A DNA stretch of 64,000 nucleotides from Camelus dromedarius (Eukaryota): contig NC_087472.1 in assembly GCF_036321535.1 (NCBI RefSeq), positions 102,984,001 through 103,048,000 on the forward strand. The letters run 5' to 3'. This document shows positions 51,081-63,599 of this stretch, piece after piece. The notes under the pieces are model-generated. The model had not been told where the DNA came from and ran no database searches. It saw only the letters and a program-made list of their open reading frames with translations. A program made the translations under genes and the position numbers. Each line of letters begins with the position of its first letter. The stretch's first letter is position 1.

Positions 51081-53485
51081 AGAGTGTTCTTTTAAAGGCA
51101 ACATGAGTTTATCCATCTTATCCCATATATCATTTTGTTTCAATAGATATTAGTCACTATAAAAACATAAAGGATTAGGACCAGAACAAACCAGTCTCCA
51201 TGATGGGTCTTGTCATAAATTTTGTTCTTATCAGTTAATAACATAATGCTTCCCCGTTGAATAGAGGCTGATTAACCAAGTTAGGATTTATATTCAGCTG
51301 CTAGTTATGAGAACAGGAGATAAAAATGGTTTAACCAAGAAAGAGGTTGATTTCCCTCTTATATAAAAGAAGTCTGTAGTTAAGCAGTGCAGTGATAGTA
51401 TAATGACACCAAAGTATTATCCTGGACCAGCCACCTACTATATTTCTATTCCTTCATTCTTAGAGTATGACTACCATCCTCAAGGTCACCTCTTATTCCA
51501 TAATGGATGCTAGGGACCCAATCATCATGCTTGTATTCCAGTTAGGATGATGGGGAAGAAGTGAAAAGCATAAAGGACATACGCTAGCTCTTTGCCCCTT
51601 TAAAAAACAAAGGAAACTATTTCTGGGAAGTATCACTGTACACAGTTACAGAATTACAACTCATTGGTAACACCTTACTACACAGGAGGCTAAGAAATGT
51701 ATTATTTTAGCTGTGCAGAAGAATGCCCCAAATGTTTTTATAGAAGAAGGAGTATGAATACTGGGCACATATCCTTTTTCACAGCCATTTCTCGGGTTTG
51801 GTTCTGAAAAGAAAGTTTTAATTTAAAAAGGCTGGTATGGTATTCCCTGTGCTACTAGACGAATGGATTATGTTTATGAGAACCACTGATCCAATTCAAT
51901 TGCCTTCCATAAATTTGGACATATTGTTTATTAGTTGTCTTGTCCATATAACCTATTCATTTTGTACTTTCTGCCCTCTCTGAACAAAAGTAAATTTTCA
52001 TCCTTTTTTCCATTGTATTAGAGGCCTTCTCGGCTATCTGCGCACGCCACCAGCTCACCTCTCTGAGAACTGCTCTCCCAGAAAAGAGTGGTCCCTGAGT
52101 CATATTTCTAGCTACCTAATGTATCCTTTGACCCTTGAATATTGGCTCATGGATAGAAACTATTCCAAGCTGAGCAGACCCACTTCTCTCTTCTGAGAAT
52201 TTGGATCTGGGATCAAAATCACAAATCTGTCTCCACTGGTCATTTGAACAAAGGAGATGTAAATATAGAAATGATAGGGACAGACATCTTCTGCCATGTT
52301 TATGGGACAATCAAGAGAGCCAGTCTGCTGACAGAGGAGAGGGAAGCAGAGATGGCACAGGCCTTACTTTGCTGTAGCTATGTAGATGGATGCCTTCCAC
52401 ATATATTTTTCCAAATATTACATCCATGTAGGTGAACTGGAAGGACCATAAATAGCTGGTGTAGCTAGTGTCCAGTGTTTTCCAAACTACCTTTATTATT
52501 ATGACGTAACAAATAACCATCCCAACCTTTCCTTCGATGGTCCTCCCAATGTGGTACACTGGAACCAGCTTAAAATTTGTTGATTTTTAAATGTGTTCCC
52601 CCATCCCCACGTTCATCCTGAGTGTATATTTCTTTGAGTAGCTGTTACTTCCCACCAACAGAGTCATCCTGCCTGCCATATGTTATCACAGCTATTAGGA
52701 ATAAAGATGATGATAAGGGGTCGGGTTATTGGTTTGGCTTATTGGATTCAATTTGAGAAACTGAGTTCAATATGGGTTCTACACTATGCAAGGTCTGGAG
52801 ATTGAACATATAAATAAGACATGGACCATGCCCAGCAATTTGTAAGTCACTACCATAAGTGACTCTCAAACAAACTCTGGTATTGTACATGCACATCAAG
52901 TCATATCTAGCAAAAAGGAGGTAAGATCTCTCAGTTGGAAGATGACTCAATAGCCTAGAGGCAGAAGGGAAAGATGATTCCATTAACTTCTTAGAAAAAG
53001 GAAAACCTTTCAAAAGTTTTTTTCCCCCCTCTCTGACCTGATTTTTACCTATACCCTTCTGTTTTTTTGTACTCGGTATACAGACAGCTCCACTGAGGAG
53101 GGGATCAAAAAAAAAAAAAAAAGCCAAAGCAAGGTAAACAAAAGAAAAAATCTATACATAATGAACTTTGAGGTGTTTTTCAAATCAAAAATCTCATAAT
53201 TATCCCAGGTTATGAACGTCTGTAAAAATTTTAATGCAGATACAAGAAAAGAACAATACTTTTTCTTAGTCTTCCCTTCTCACTCTGATGTGCCTTGCTG
53301 TTTTTTAAAAAAAATTGAATTCTCTGCCTTCTGGAACTTTTTACCAGCAGGAGGTGAGAAATCATATAAATTGCTGGAAACAAATGGTAACAGTCAGTCA
53401 TTTCTTTTATAATGGTACATTAGATTGGTGTATTTGCATGTATCATTAAGATTTATTGCAAATTCTCTAATGGAATGACAATGCT

Positions 53486-53627
53486 AGAGATATAGTCTGT
53501 CTAATACAATTAGAATGTAGGCTTCTGGGGTAAAATTACTACACATTTTCCTTGGAGGAGAAAAAAATGTATATCCTCTGCTATGAAAATACCAATGAGA
53601 AAAAAGAATCTATTCTGAACGCTTTTG
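53486..53627 (+). repeat. 142-bp unique segment, copy 1 of a perfect direct duplication (copy 2 at 54734-54875)
   Basis: agagatatagtctgtctaatac...gaatctattctgaacgcttttg is identical in both copies by manual comparison. Confidence 0.95.
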
Positions 53628-54733
53628 TCCAATTTAACACTTTTCTATCATAACAAAATTCTTATGAATTTTACATTAGCCAGTGATTTGAAGGCAGGCA
53701 TCTTCCAGAGTGAATTTTTTTTTTAATGCAGAACACAGGATAATCAAGATCAGGAACATTATCTTTTATTCTCTGATGAAAAAATCAATGCTTTATGGGT
53801 ACAATTATCAGTGAAGGCCAACGTTATGTCTCTACAAGGAATTGTAGGAGCACTCACCTAAGCAATGCTTCTTTGTGGCAGATGAGAGCTGGAACTAGAT
53901 ACAAACTCCCAAGTGGGACTAAACAAGAGGCATGTCCTTGCTCAGAGACGCATGTAGGGCCACCCCCTGCTAGAGGCTGGTTTTCAAGAGAGTTTCTTGC
54001 GCCAAATTTTATTTTCACATCTCCTTTTCCCATCAGTATTTGGAAGTATTGGTCAAACACTCCCTATTACCAATGGAAGGCCTCCCCAGTGAATACTGCT
54101 CCCTTCTCCTTCAAATGACAGAACTATGCCATCATTACTTGCACTGTTGTCACAGCTCCCATGGCACCCCGACTCACTCCAGGGAAATCATAAAACCATA
54201 TGGAAATCAAACGCAATGTAATTCAGCATCTGGAAGAGTTCAGGGAATAACTCCCCCAGCCTGTAGTTTTATATTAATTTTTAAAGTGAATCTAAGCATT
54301 TTGGAGACTTTATTTTTAATATAACATTAATTTAACATAAAAAATACTATGCATATGTTCTATAGAAAGGTAGGAATAGTAAAAAGAGGAGAGAGAGCTA
54401 GAATTAAAAACCAGTGGCTTTAACATGTATTTTAACAACATGAATAATTTAAATCTGCCTCCTGGCATCAGAAAGACATTCCAGAATACTTTTCAGAGAT
54501 GAATTTTGGTTACTTGAAATTTAGTGATATAATGGGTTTCAGCTATATTCAAGTGGATCATTATAAATGAAGTATGGCTAACTCAGGTGATGCTAGAACA
54601 CCAGAGGAAAGAAAATATTCAGGAGAAATATGTGGTTTATTACACATTCAGAAGCTTAAAATAATTTTTTTGTTATATTTGAAATGCCTATGTTGTACTA
54701 TGTTACAAATGAGGAAATAAGAGTGTGAAATTA

Positions 54734-54875
54734 AGAGATATAGTCTGTCTAATACAATTAGAATGTAGGCTTCTGGGGTAAAATTACTACACATTTTCCT
54801 TGGAGGAGAAAAAAATGTATATCCTCTGCTATGAAAATACCAATGAGAAAAAAGAATCTATTCTGAACGCTTTTG
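54734..54875 (+). repeat. 142-bp duplicated segment, copy 2 (probable inserted copy), followed by fold-back hairpins
   Basis: Identical to 53486-53627. It is followed by an inverted copy of its own end (54879-54892). Confidence 0.95.
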
Positions 54876-55569
54876 AGTGTTCAGAATAGATTGGTTGAGT
54901 GGTCAACCAGTTTAAGTACATCAAATGGAATATTCACTAGACTGGTTATTTTATGTTAGTTATTCTAAAGAGATCCATCATGGAATAGATACACTTTGAA
55001 AACGATCCTGAAGAGTGTAAAACCAGGTTGATCAATGCTTTCTGCAGATAATTCTCCCAAATGGTATATCTGAGTAAGTGACCATAGATAGCTGGTGAAT
55101 TCAGTGTCAGGTGCTTTCCTAACTATCCTTCTATTATTATGATTTAACCAATACAATCTCAAAACTTTCTCTCTCTGGTCCTTTTGTATGGCATATGAAA
55201 ATCAGCATGCAATTTGGTGATTCTTTTATGTCTCCCTCATCCCCATCCTCATTCCCATCCCCAGTGCATATTCCCAAGTGTTTGTTTACTTGTTCACTGA
55301 TGTGTTTGTTTACCACTCTGTGAGCAACCTGAGGTCAGAGACTGTATGTAGTTTACCTCAGCATCCTCAGTGCCTGAGACATGCTGAGTAAGTATCCCAG
55401 CAAATGTTTGATGACTAGTAAAATTATGAATCTCAGGCACTTATTAGTAGTGGGATGTTGGGCAGTGAATAAAATCTCTGAAGCTCAAGTCTCCTCGTCT
55501 AAAAAGGAGGGATTAACAATAACAGCTGCTTACATCAGAGTTATTTTAATAAACAAAAAGACTGTTAGA

Positions 55570-56150
55570 GAACCCTCCCCTGCTGGTGGGAACGTAGTTT
55601 GGTGCAGCCATTGTGGAAAACAGTATGGAGATTCCTCAAAAAACTAAAAATAGACTTACCATATGATCCAGCAATCCCACTTCTGGGGTATATATCCAGA
55701 GGGAACTCTAATTCAAAAAGATACATGCACCCCACTGTTCATAGCAGCACTATTTACAACAGCCAAGACATGGAGACAGCCTAAATGTCCATTAACGGAT
55801 GACTGGATAAAGAAGTTGTGGTATATTTATACAATGGAATACTACTCAGCCAAAAAAAGAATAAAATAATGCCATTTGCAGCAATATGGATGGACCTAGA
55901 GATCGTCATTCTAAGTGAAGTAAGCCAGAAAGAGAAAGAAAAATACCATGTGATATCACTCATATGTGGAGTCTAAAAAAAAAAAAGGACACTATGAACT
56001 CATCCACAAAACAGAAACAGACTTGCAGACATAGTAAACAATCTTATGGTTACTGGGGAAAGGGGGTGGGAAGGGATAAATTTGGGAGTTTGAGATTTGC
56101 AAATGTTAGTCACTATATAAAAACAGATTTAAAAAACAAACAAACAAGAA
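55570..56150 (+). mobile_element. L1 ORF2 C-terminus and partial 3'UTR, ending early at an A-rich tract
   Basis: Peptides [29 protein letters not shown] and [21 protein letters not shown]. It lacks the terminal ~150 bp of 3'UTR seen in the other L1s of this window. Confidence 0.9.
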
Positions 56151-56348
56151 ACAAGAGGCCAAATTTAAATTCCTATATAAAACAAGGCAACATCAAATAA
56201 TCAGAAAGCAGACTGACTCACTACCCCCAACCTCACCCTAAGGCACCATATATTAAATTAAACCGTACTTTACCAGACCAGGAGAAAAACCATGCTCTTG
56301 AACTAAGAAGACAAGCCACTCTCGTTTTCAGTTTTCAAATGGTAGTAT

Positions 56349-56845
56349 TGTAACGGAGCAGGACTCTATGAGGCCTTCCCAGGACAGACCCCTCCCCCAC
56401 ATCCTCTGCTTTAGCTCCTCTCTGAAGTATTTAGATAATAGTATCTGATGCACAACTCCTGAGTTGTTTACAGATGCTAAAACCCACACCAAATGGAAGA
56501 AATTAACTACTTGATGATGATCATAAGCACCTAGCCCCCAGACCTACTGGCCCCTGAGGGTTGACAATGTTAACTCCTGTGATACTGTCCTGTTATCTCA
56601 CCGGAAACCAATCAGAGAATTGTGTACGAGTTGATCACATACCCTGAGATGCCCCTCCCTTATCTTGCCTTTAAAAATGCTTTGCTAAAACCCATAGGGG
56701 AGTTCGGGAATTTTGAGCATTAGCTGTCCTGGACTCCTTGTCTGGCGCCTACAGTAAATGCTGCGCTTTCCTTCACCACTACCCAGTGTCACTAGATTGG
56801 CTTTACTGTGTGCCGACGAGCAGACCCAAGCTTGATTCGGTCACA
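56349..56845 (+). mobile_element. ERV1-class solo LTR
   Basis: TG...CA termini (tgtaacgg...ttcggtcaca), 4-bp TSD gtat (56345-56348 / 56846-56849), internal ccaatcag, TATA-like tttaaaa and AGTAAA. Confidence 0.85.
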
Positions 56846-56974
56846 GTATCTTTGCAGGGACACCAGATCCCATTTTTATTACTGATAATGTGTTTTGCAT
56901 TTTCCAGAACCATACAATAACGGGTGATTGTATAGTAAAAAGTGGGGTGGTTAGGGTAGCTTTAAGAAATTAAA

Positions 56975-57112
56975 CAAAATGTTATGATAACTCACAGAGA
57001 AAAAAATGTGACAATGAGTGTGTATATGTCCATGAATGACTGAAAAATTGTGCTGAACACTGGAATTTGACACATTGTAAAATGATTATAAATCAATAAA
57101 AAGTTAAAAAAA
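56975..57112 (+). mobile_element. Very short young L1 3' end
   Basis: Closely matches the last ~130 bp of the L1 at 3350-3480. TSD aagaaattaaa (56964-56974 / 57113-57123). Confidence 0.88.
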
Positions 57113-57637
57113 AAGAAATTAAAGATGTGAATAAATAGAAAAATACATCAAAAAAAAACAAAAACAAAAACCTGTTAGAATCTTTGGGTTTTATTACATT
57201 GTCACATCATTATTATTGCCATTATTATTCTCATCATGAATTTTCAACCATTTTCCAAAAGAGTGATTGACTCAGTCCTCTCAAGTATATGGCTGAATTT
57301 GAACTTGAAAGATGGAGCCTGACTCATGAGAAGAGGATAATAATGGGTGCTATGTTTTCATTGGAAAATCTGAGTTAGCAGCAAGAGTCCTGTTTGTTAA
57401 AATTCAGATACAGATATATTATGAGTATGGTTCAGGAATAATTGCAGGGTATCCATGGTTACAGAAAATCTTGTCAACACCCATTATTGTATGTTTACTT
57501 TGGGAGACATGTCACCACATTTCTATAAATAGAGTAGAAATTGATTCATTTCAACCTTGATCATATGCAAGCCCCCAGTCTTCTCAGGAATAAAGAAACT
57601 AGACTTGATGTGATGGGGGAATATGTAATTTAATGGG

Positions 57638-58354
57638 TGTAATGGGCCATAAGTCTGAAAAAAGGTCAACACAGCAAAGAAGAAATAGGGCAAATGGGGC
57701 TTCCTAAGATCTCCAGCAAGCGACCACTTTGAGGAAGAATGACCCGGAGAAGTGAACAACCTCAAGCTGAGACAGGAAGAAAGGGGACAGGGCACAACTG
57801 CTGAAGGAATGACACAGCCATTGAGGACAGGACAAACTGGTTAGAACCAAGATGGCAGAAGATTCGACTTCCAGTAGACCTTGAGCCTCATGGCACGCCC
57901 ACAGGCACCATGACAGTTACCAGGCTGATGGTAAAAAGTCAAAAAGAGGGTGGAGGGCCCAGTTCCTGGAAACCCTAGCCCCTTCCCCAACATAGTTGGA
58001 ATAACCCTCCTACTTGTTAGTGTATGAAATTACCGAGCCCATAAAAACTAACAACCCGGCACCTCGTGGTTGCTCTCTCTCTGTCCTTCTAACACAGGCT
58101 GCACTCTGTCTATGGAATGTGTAACTACTTTTACTTTAAACACCCCCACACCTCTCGGCCTCTCTCCCCCTCGCCTTTTGAGATGGCCCACATTCTGCTT
58201 ACGGAGTGTGTATCACCTAAGCCGCTCTTCCTTCTGAGTGAGAACCACTCTGTCTATGGGGTGTGTATCTCTCTAAATAAACTCGCTTTCACTTTACCAT
58301 GCCTTGCTCTTGAATTCTTTCCTGTGAGAGGCAAGAACCTATTCTCTGGCAACA
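57638..58354 (+). mobile_element. ERV LTR (ERV1-like); 5' boundary uncertain
   Basis: LTR-like content (ccaagatggc, cataaaa TATA-like box, AATAAA at ~58277), ending ggcaagaacctattctctggcaaCA. No TSD was resolved. Confidence 0.7.
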
Positions 58355-59585
58355 AAGCTACTTACAGTATCTCCTGACCACGCATTCATTTTTAGATACA
58401 AAACAAAAAGAGGACTGGAAGATTTCTGATTCAATATGGCAGGAAAAATGATTTTTTAGAAAGGCCATAAGGCCAGAAAGAATGGAGGAGTAGATGACAG
58501 CAAATGAGAGATGGCCATGAAATTTTAAAAGTTGTAAAGCAGATGGCTGAGTGGTAACTCACTTGGCATGAAGCTAAAATTTGAGTATCTACAAGGATTC
58601 AGGGTCAGGTAGCGGTTGAAAGAAAAAGCCAATCTGAGCTGCAGAATCCCAGGAATGCTAGAAATTGTCAGCACCAAGTACTTCTGAAGGTTGAGTGGCA
58701 AAAGGCTGAAAAATAACCATAGCTGAGGGCAGGAGTAGTGTACTAAAAACAGAGGAATTAATTCAGAGTTATTACATCCCAAATAGTGATATCCTCCCAA
58801 CCTGTTTCCTACTTGGCTCTGAGAACACAAGCAGCAACTCACTTCCCAGAGAAGAGAATGATCCCTGAGAAATACTACCATGCTTAGTAGTTAGTTACAG
58901 ATACTAACATATGGAGGTCTCCAGTGAAACATCCAGACTTCCTCTTTGTCCAGCTCCATCAATGTACAGTTTCCACTAAACTAAGATTTTTAGTGTTTCA
59001 CTCTTAGACAGACTACCATGAATTTCTATTTAAAGAAAACTTCTAACATGAAAGACAATAAGCATATGGAAAAAAAGGAACCCAGAGAAAACAGAAACAA
59101 TGCAGAGAGAAGAAAACAAAACCTCACTATAAGTAATACCTTCAACTGATAAAAGATATCACATCATCCAAGAAAGAATGGCCTGCTATACAGAAAAGAA
59201 GCAATCCAAGAATAAAGAGCTCTTTAAATTAAAATATAATAGAAAATGAATTAACAGAGAAGTTATAAGATAAAGCTGAAGAAATTTTACAGAATTTGAA
59301 TAGACAGAAAAAGAAAGAAATGCAAAACACAAGAAAAAGGATAATAAAATCAGAGTATCAATCCAGAACATCCAAGATTGAATTATAAGAGTTCTAGTAA
59401 GAAAGACATGAAAATGGAGAGACGAAAACCATCAAAAAATAATTTAGATTTCCCAGAACAGAATAAGGGGCCAAGCTAGTGTCTAGCATCATGCCCTTGC
59501 TAAAGTATTACTGTAGAATTTCAGAACACTGGGTATATGGGGAAGATTTTTAAGTCTTCCAGAGAGAAAAAATAGCCCACAAATA

Positions 59586-59729
59586 AAGCTGCTCTCCCTT
59601 CTGAGTGAGATGGACCATACAGTGTCTATGGCATGTGTATCTCCCTGAAAAAAAAACTTGCTTTCACTTTACTTTGCTTCACTCTTGAACTCTTTCCTGT
59701 GAGAGGCAAGAACCTATTTTCTGGCAACA
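59586..59729 (+). mobile_element. 3' (R/U5) fragment of the same LTR family as 57638-58354
   Basis: Aligns with 58219-58354, including the shared tctttcctgtgagaggcaagaacctatt.tctggcaaca. Confidence 0.85.
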
Positions 59730-60015
59730 GTTGGAATTTCTAATCTACTATAACTGGTAGGTCAGAAGCATAGGTGATACCTGGACTTTCAATTGGCCTC
59801 TGAAGTGTGTGTGTGTGTGTGTCGGGGATAGGGGAGACCCCAGTCTTGTAGGACTGAGCCCTTAACCTGTGGGATCTGATGCTATCTCTGGGTAGATAGT
59901 GTCAAAATTGGGTTGAATTGTAGGACACCCAGCTGGTGTCCCAGAATTGCTTGGTGCTGTGGAAACCGCAACCCCCGCCCCCCTGCCCCCACCTTTGGAA
60001 TTGGTATCAGAATCA
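59730..60015 (+). mobile_element. MER21-like ERVL LTR 3' part
   Basis: gtcttgtaggactgagcccttaacctgtgggatctgatgctatctc..ggtagatagtgtca.aattg...cagctggtgtc...gaattgcttggt. Confidence 0.8.
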
Positions 60016-60794
60016 TTAGATGTGCTCCACCAAAATGAGGGAGTAAATTAAGACAGAAGATAAAGGATCAAGTAAAGGAATCAAACAGAGGAGAGACTAT
60101 AATTCTCTTTCACCAGGGTGAGGGTAAAGGAAATCCCAGGACCACACAGCTAAGAAGTGGAGAGCCACTGATTCAGATTGGAGAAAGAGGATGGAGGGCT
60201 CCAATATGGATACCTCAAACACAAAATGAAGCAGTAGATTACCACCAATGTCTGATGTACTCGAAGGGGAATGATGCTTTTGGGATGAATTAGAGAAAGC
60301 TATATAGAAAAAAAAATATAGGCCCAAAGTGATACAAGAATTAGCTCCAGAGAAAACAAGTTTTCCAAGAAAAGAAATTTAATAACTGTATGCTACCTCA
60401 TTCACTTATGCATAATAGTTACATATTCATAACAAGAACACTGAATTCTGGTCTAGTCTTTTAAACGTTGGTATAACCGTAGCATAGGATGGGATAGATT
60501 AAGCATGTGTGTTTTGGAACTCAGTGTGAGAAAGGAAGGGGAGGTAAGGGTAAGAGAGTTAAATCCTCAGCCTCAGTAGTGAGAAATCAATAAATAATAT
60601 CAAGTTAGGAAAACATTAGAAATAGTGTTGATTCAAAAAAAGGAGATAAAGTCCAGAAAAAGATAGTTAACGGAATCAAAAGTGGTTGACTCTTAAGTGT
60701 GTAACACGGATGCCAGAAGGGTGGGGAAAGAGATTGTTCATTTCTCTGCAAACCTTGAAGAACTATATGAATTTGTAGAATCACGTGATAAAAC

Positions 60795-61172
60795 CTTTTT
60801 TAAAGTTATTGCTATACCTCTTCCATTTCCCCCTCAGATCTACTCTTTGCCCTGCCCCTCTCATTGAGTACCCTGGGAAGTTGACTCATGTGGACCACAC
60901 GGACAGTCTTAGTTGGATTGGCTAAACAGTGAGAGAGAAGGACATAGTGTCGCAGCTCCAGCTGGGTGGTCCGTAAAGCTCTCTCTCCTCTTGCCCTCCA
61001 CACCTAATGGCCGTAACAGCTCTACTTAACTATCCTTGAATGCTGCACTCTCCCTTATGATTTCCCTCCACTCTGCCCACATCTTTGGAAATAGTCTCTT
61101 CATTAGAATTCTCTCCAAACTACTTAATTTGAATATGTCATGTACTTCCTCCCAGGACCCTGACTAATCCAG
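60795..61172 (+). mobile_element. LTR33-like ERVL LTR
   Basis: ccccctcagatctactct...ccctgggaagttgact...ctctgcccacatctttg.aaatagtc.cttcatta...ttcctcccaggaccctgactaatcca. Confidence 0.7.
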
Positions 61173-61332
61173 AGCTTTAGCTACATCTGAATCTAGATTG
61201 ACTAGAAAGTAGATGATAATATTTTCTTAATTTTTAATAACAGTAATAATTTATTATAATAACAACACAATGTAAATGTCACATACACATCTCTCTTCAC
61301 TATAAATCTCTGGAATCATGGGGGTTTTAAGA

Positions 61333-61740
61333 GTAGTTACAGATTCACAGCAAATTTGAGAAGGCACAGAGATTTCCCATATTCCCCTGCCTTCCACACA
61401 TGCTCAGCCTCCCCCATTATCAACACCCCCATGAGAGTAGTACATTGCTTACAACAGATGAAACTATATTTACATATGATAATCGCCCAAAGTCCATAGT
61501 TTACATCACAGTTCACTCCAGGTGTTGTATATTCTTTGAGTGTGGACAAATGTAAAATGACATGTATCCACCATTACAGTATCATACAGAGTATTCTCAC
61601 TGCCCTAAAAATCCTCTGTGTTCCGCCTCTTCATCCCTCCCTCACCCCTGCCCCACCAACTCCTGGAAACCACTGATTTTTTACTGTTTCCATAGTTTTG
61701 CCTTTTCAAGAATGTCACATAGCTGGAATCATATAGTTCA
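61333..61740 (-). mobile_element. L1MB/MC-like 3'UTR fragment
   Basis: Reverse complement of the motifs at 15100-15430 (cccaaagtccatagtttacat...ggacaaatgtaaaatgacatgtatcca...ccctaaaaatcctctgtg). Confidence 0.8.
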
Positions 61741-63599
61741 TGTTGTTTTGAGGTCTTTTTTCCTAGTTATATACTCATAGAAAAATCAGAAAATAAAGAA
61801 ATTAAGCACCATAATTCCACAAGCCTGAGTCAATCGATATTAATATTTTGGTGTGAAAATCTGCAGCAAATTAGGCATCCCTTCAAATGGATATTGTTTA
61901 GTGATGTTCAGTGTTTATAGAGAGGCAGTACAGGGGATCGGCAGAGCATCAGGATGGTTGCTTGTTACAGCCTCTCTTAATATTCCCAGTAATGCAAATC
62001 CACTCCCCAAATTCTACACTTTACTCAGCTCTACACTGAGTTCACCATCTTTACCTCCAAGTGTCTTTTCAAAGTATTCCTTCCAATCATGCACAATGCT
62101 GTGTGTAAGAGATGTTCTGGCAATATGGCTTTTTCCATCTTGGCAACATTTCCAATGATGTTTTAGTGCTCCAGTGATCTTTTACCCACCCACGCTTCTT
62201 AGCCACTGTTGCCCTGGGGTAATGTCCATGCCTTTTTTTCCACTTTAGCATCAAATTAAGCATGGTAACAGATCACTTCAGCGTTGTCAGCAGCAGAGAA
62301 GGTGAACTAAAACATGATCTGCAATTTTTCAGTTATCCTATAAAACTGTCAGCCTATCTTGTTTTACGGTCACCTCCGCCAAAGTTTCTTTGTGAAGTGT
62401 TCACAAAGGGACATTAATTTTGATCCATATCTGAAGTAAGGGGAAAAAATCAAGTGTTTATACATAAATGCTTTCACTTCAGTGGGTGGAATGGACTATA
62501 GATTAATGAACCTCATCAACAGAACATACTCATCTCCCTGTGAGGGGGAAAAAAACTTGTGTAATCAGGGAGTCAAACTCACTAGTGTTTAACTTTATGC
62601 TGTTAAAATTGCTAAAAGCACAGGAGCAATGGTGACATCTTGTGTCAGGTTAAAAAGTAACAGGATCTTAATTCCTTGTGATGTCTACTGGGAGTACTTC
62701 AGATGAGCCCAGCTAACATTCATCTTTATCTGCTCCATTTAGTGGCTGATCAAATAATAAAACAGGGGCCTTGGTTTCTCAAGTACAAAGATGATATCTT
62801 CAGGAAAGACGGGGGAAACTCCAGCTGGCATTTCGCTCATCTAACTGCCACCTCAAGAATAGGGCAACCAGGAGTCCCAGTCTAGTTCTTCCACTCAGAC
62901 ATTACACCTTGCCAGGATATCCTAGTAAAACACATGGGCTGTGGGCCCATCTGCCATCAATCTGAAGCAGACAGAGGAGAGCTATGGAGCTCTGTAATGA
63001 CTGCATTTAGTTATCTGACTGCCTGGAGCATTTTCTTCATCTCATTTCTTTGGCAGGCCTTGGAATGTCACATGACATGACTGGAACCTCTGGAGCCCAA
63101 TAGATGGCACATTAAACACTGCTGGTAGCAGATGCCTGGGAAGCCAAATCTCTTTGTTTTCATGTGCTCTTCATGAGAGCAGTGGTTCTTAACTCTAGCC
63201 ATACAAAATCACCGGGAGATCTTATAAAAATATCAATATCTGGATCCATTCCAGACCAATGAAATTAGAATTTCTGGGAGTTGAAGGCATACATTTTTTA
63301 AAAGTCCCCCAAGGGTATACTAGCATACAGCTCTCACTTGCCTCTTTTGCCCTGGGAAACCAGCCACCATATGGTGAGGAAGCCCAAGTCACATGGAGAG
63401 GCCATGTGCATCCTTGTGTTTAGAGATCTAGGCCTTAGGGCAAATCTCTGATTATTTTTTCTTAAAAAACAAACAATTAAAAAAAAACTTCGCAGAATTA
63501 CCAAGTCAGAGAGTATCCTTTAACATATGCATATTGATTAAAAATCAATAAATTTTTAATAATTAAAATAATTTATTTTGAAAAACACATTGCCAAATA

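Larger units (their letters stand above)
58410..60780 (+). mobile_element. Highly decayed old L1M 5'UTR/ORF1-like region, interrupted by LTR pieces
   Basis: ttctgattcaatatggcag start. The A-rich ORF1-like stretch includes agataaagctgaagaaatt, atcaatccagaacatccaa and tttcagaacactggg. Confidence 0.5.
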
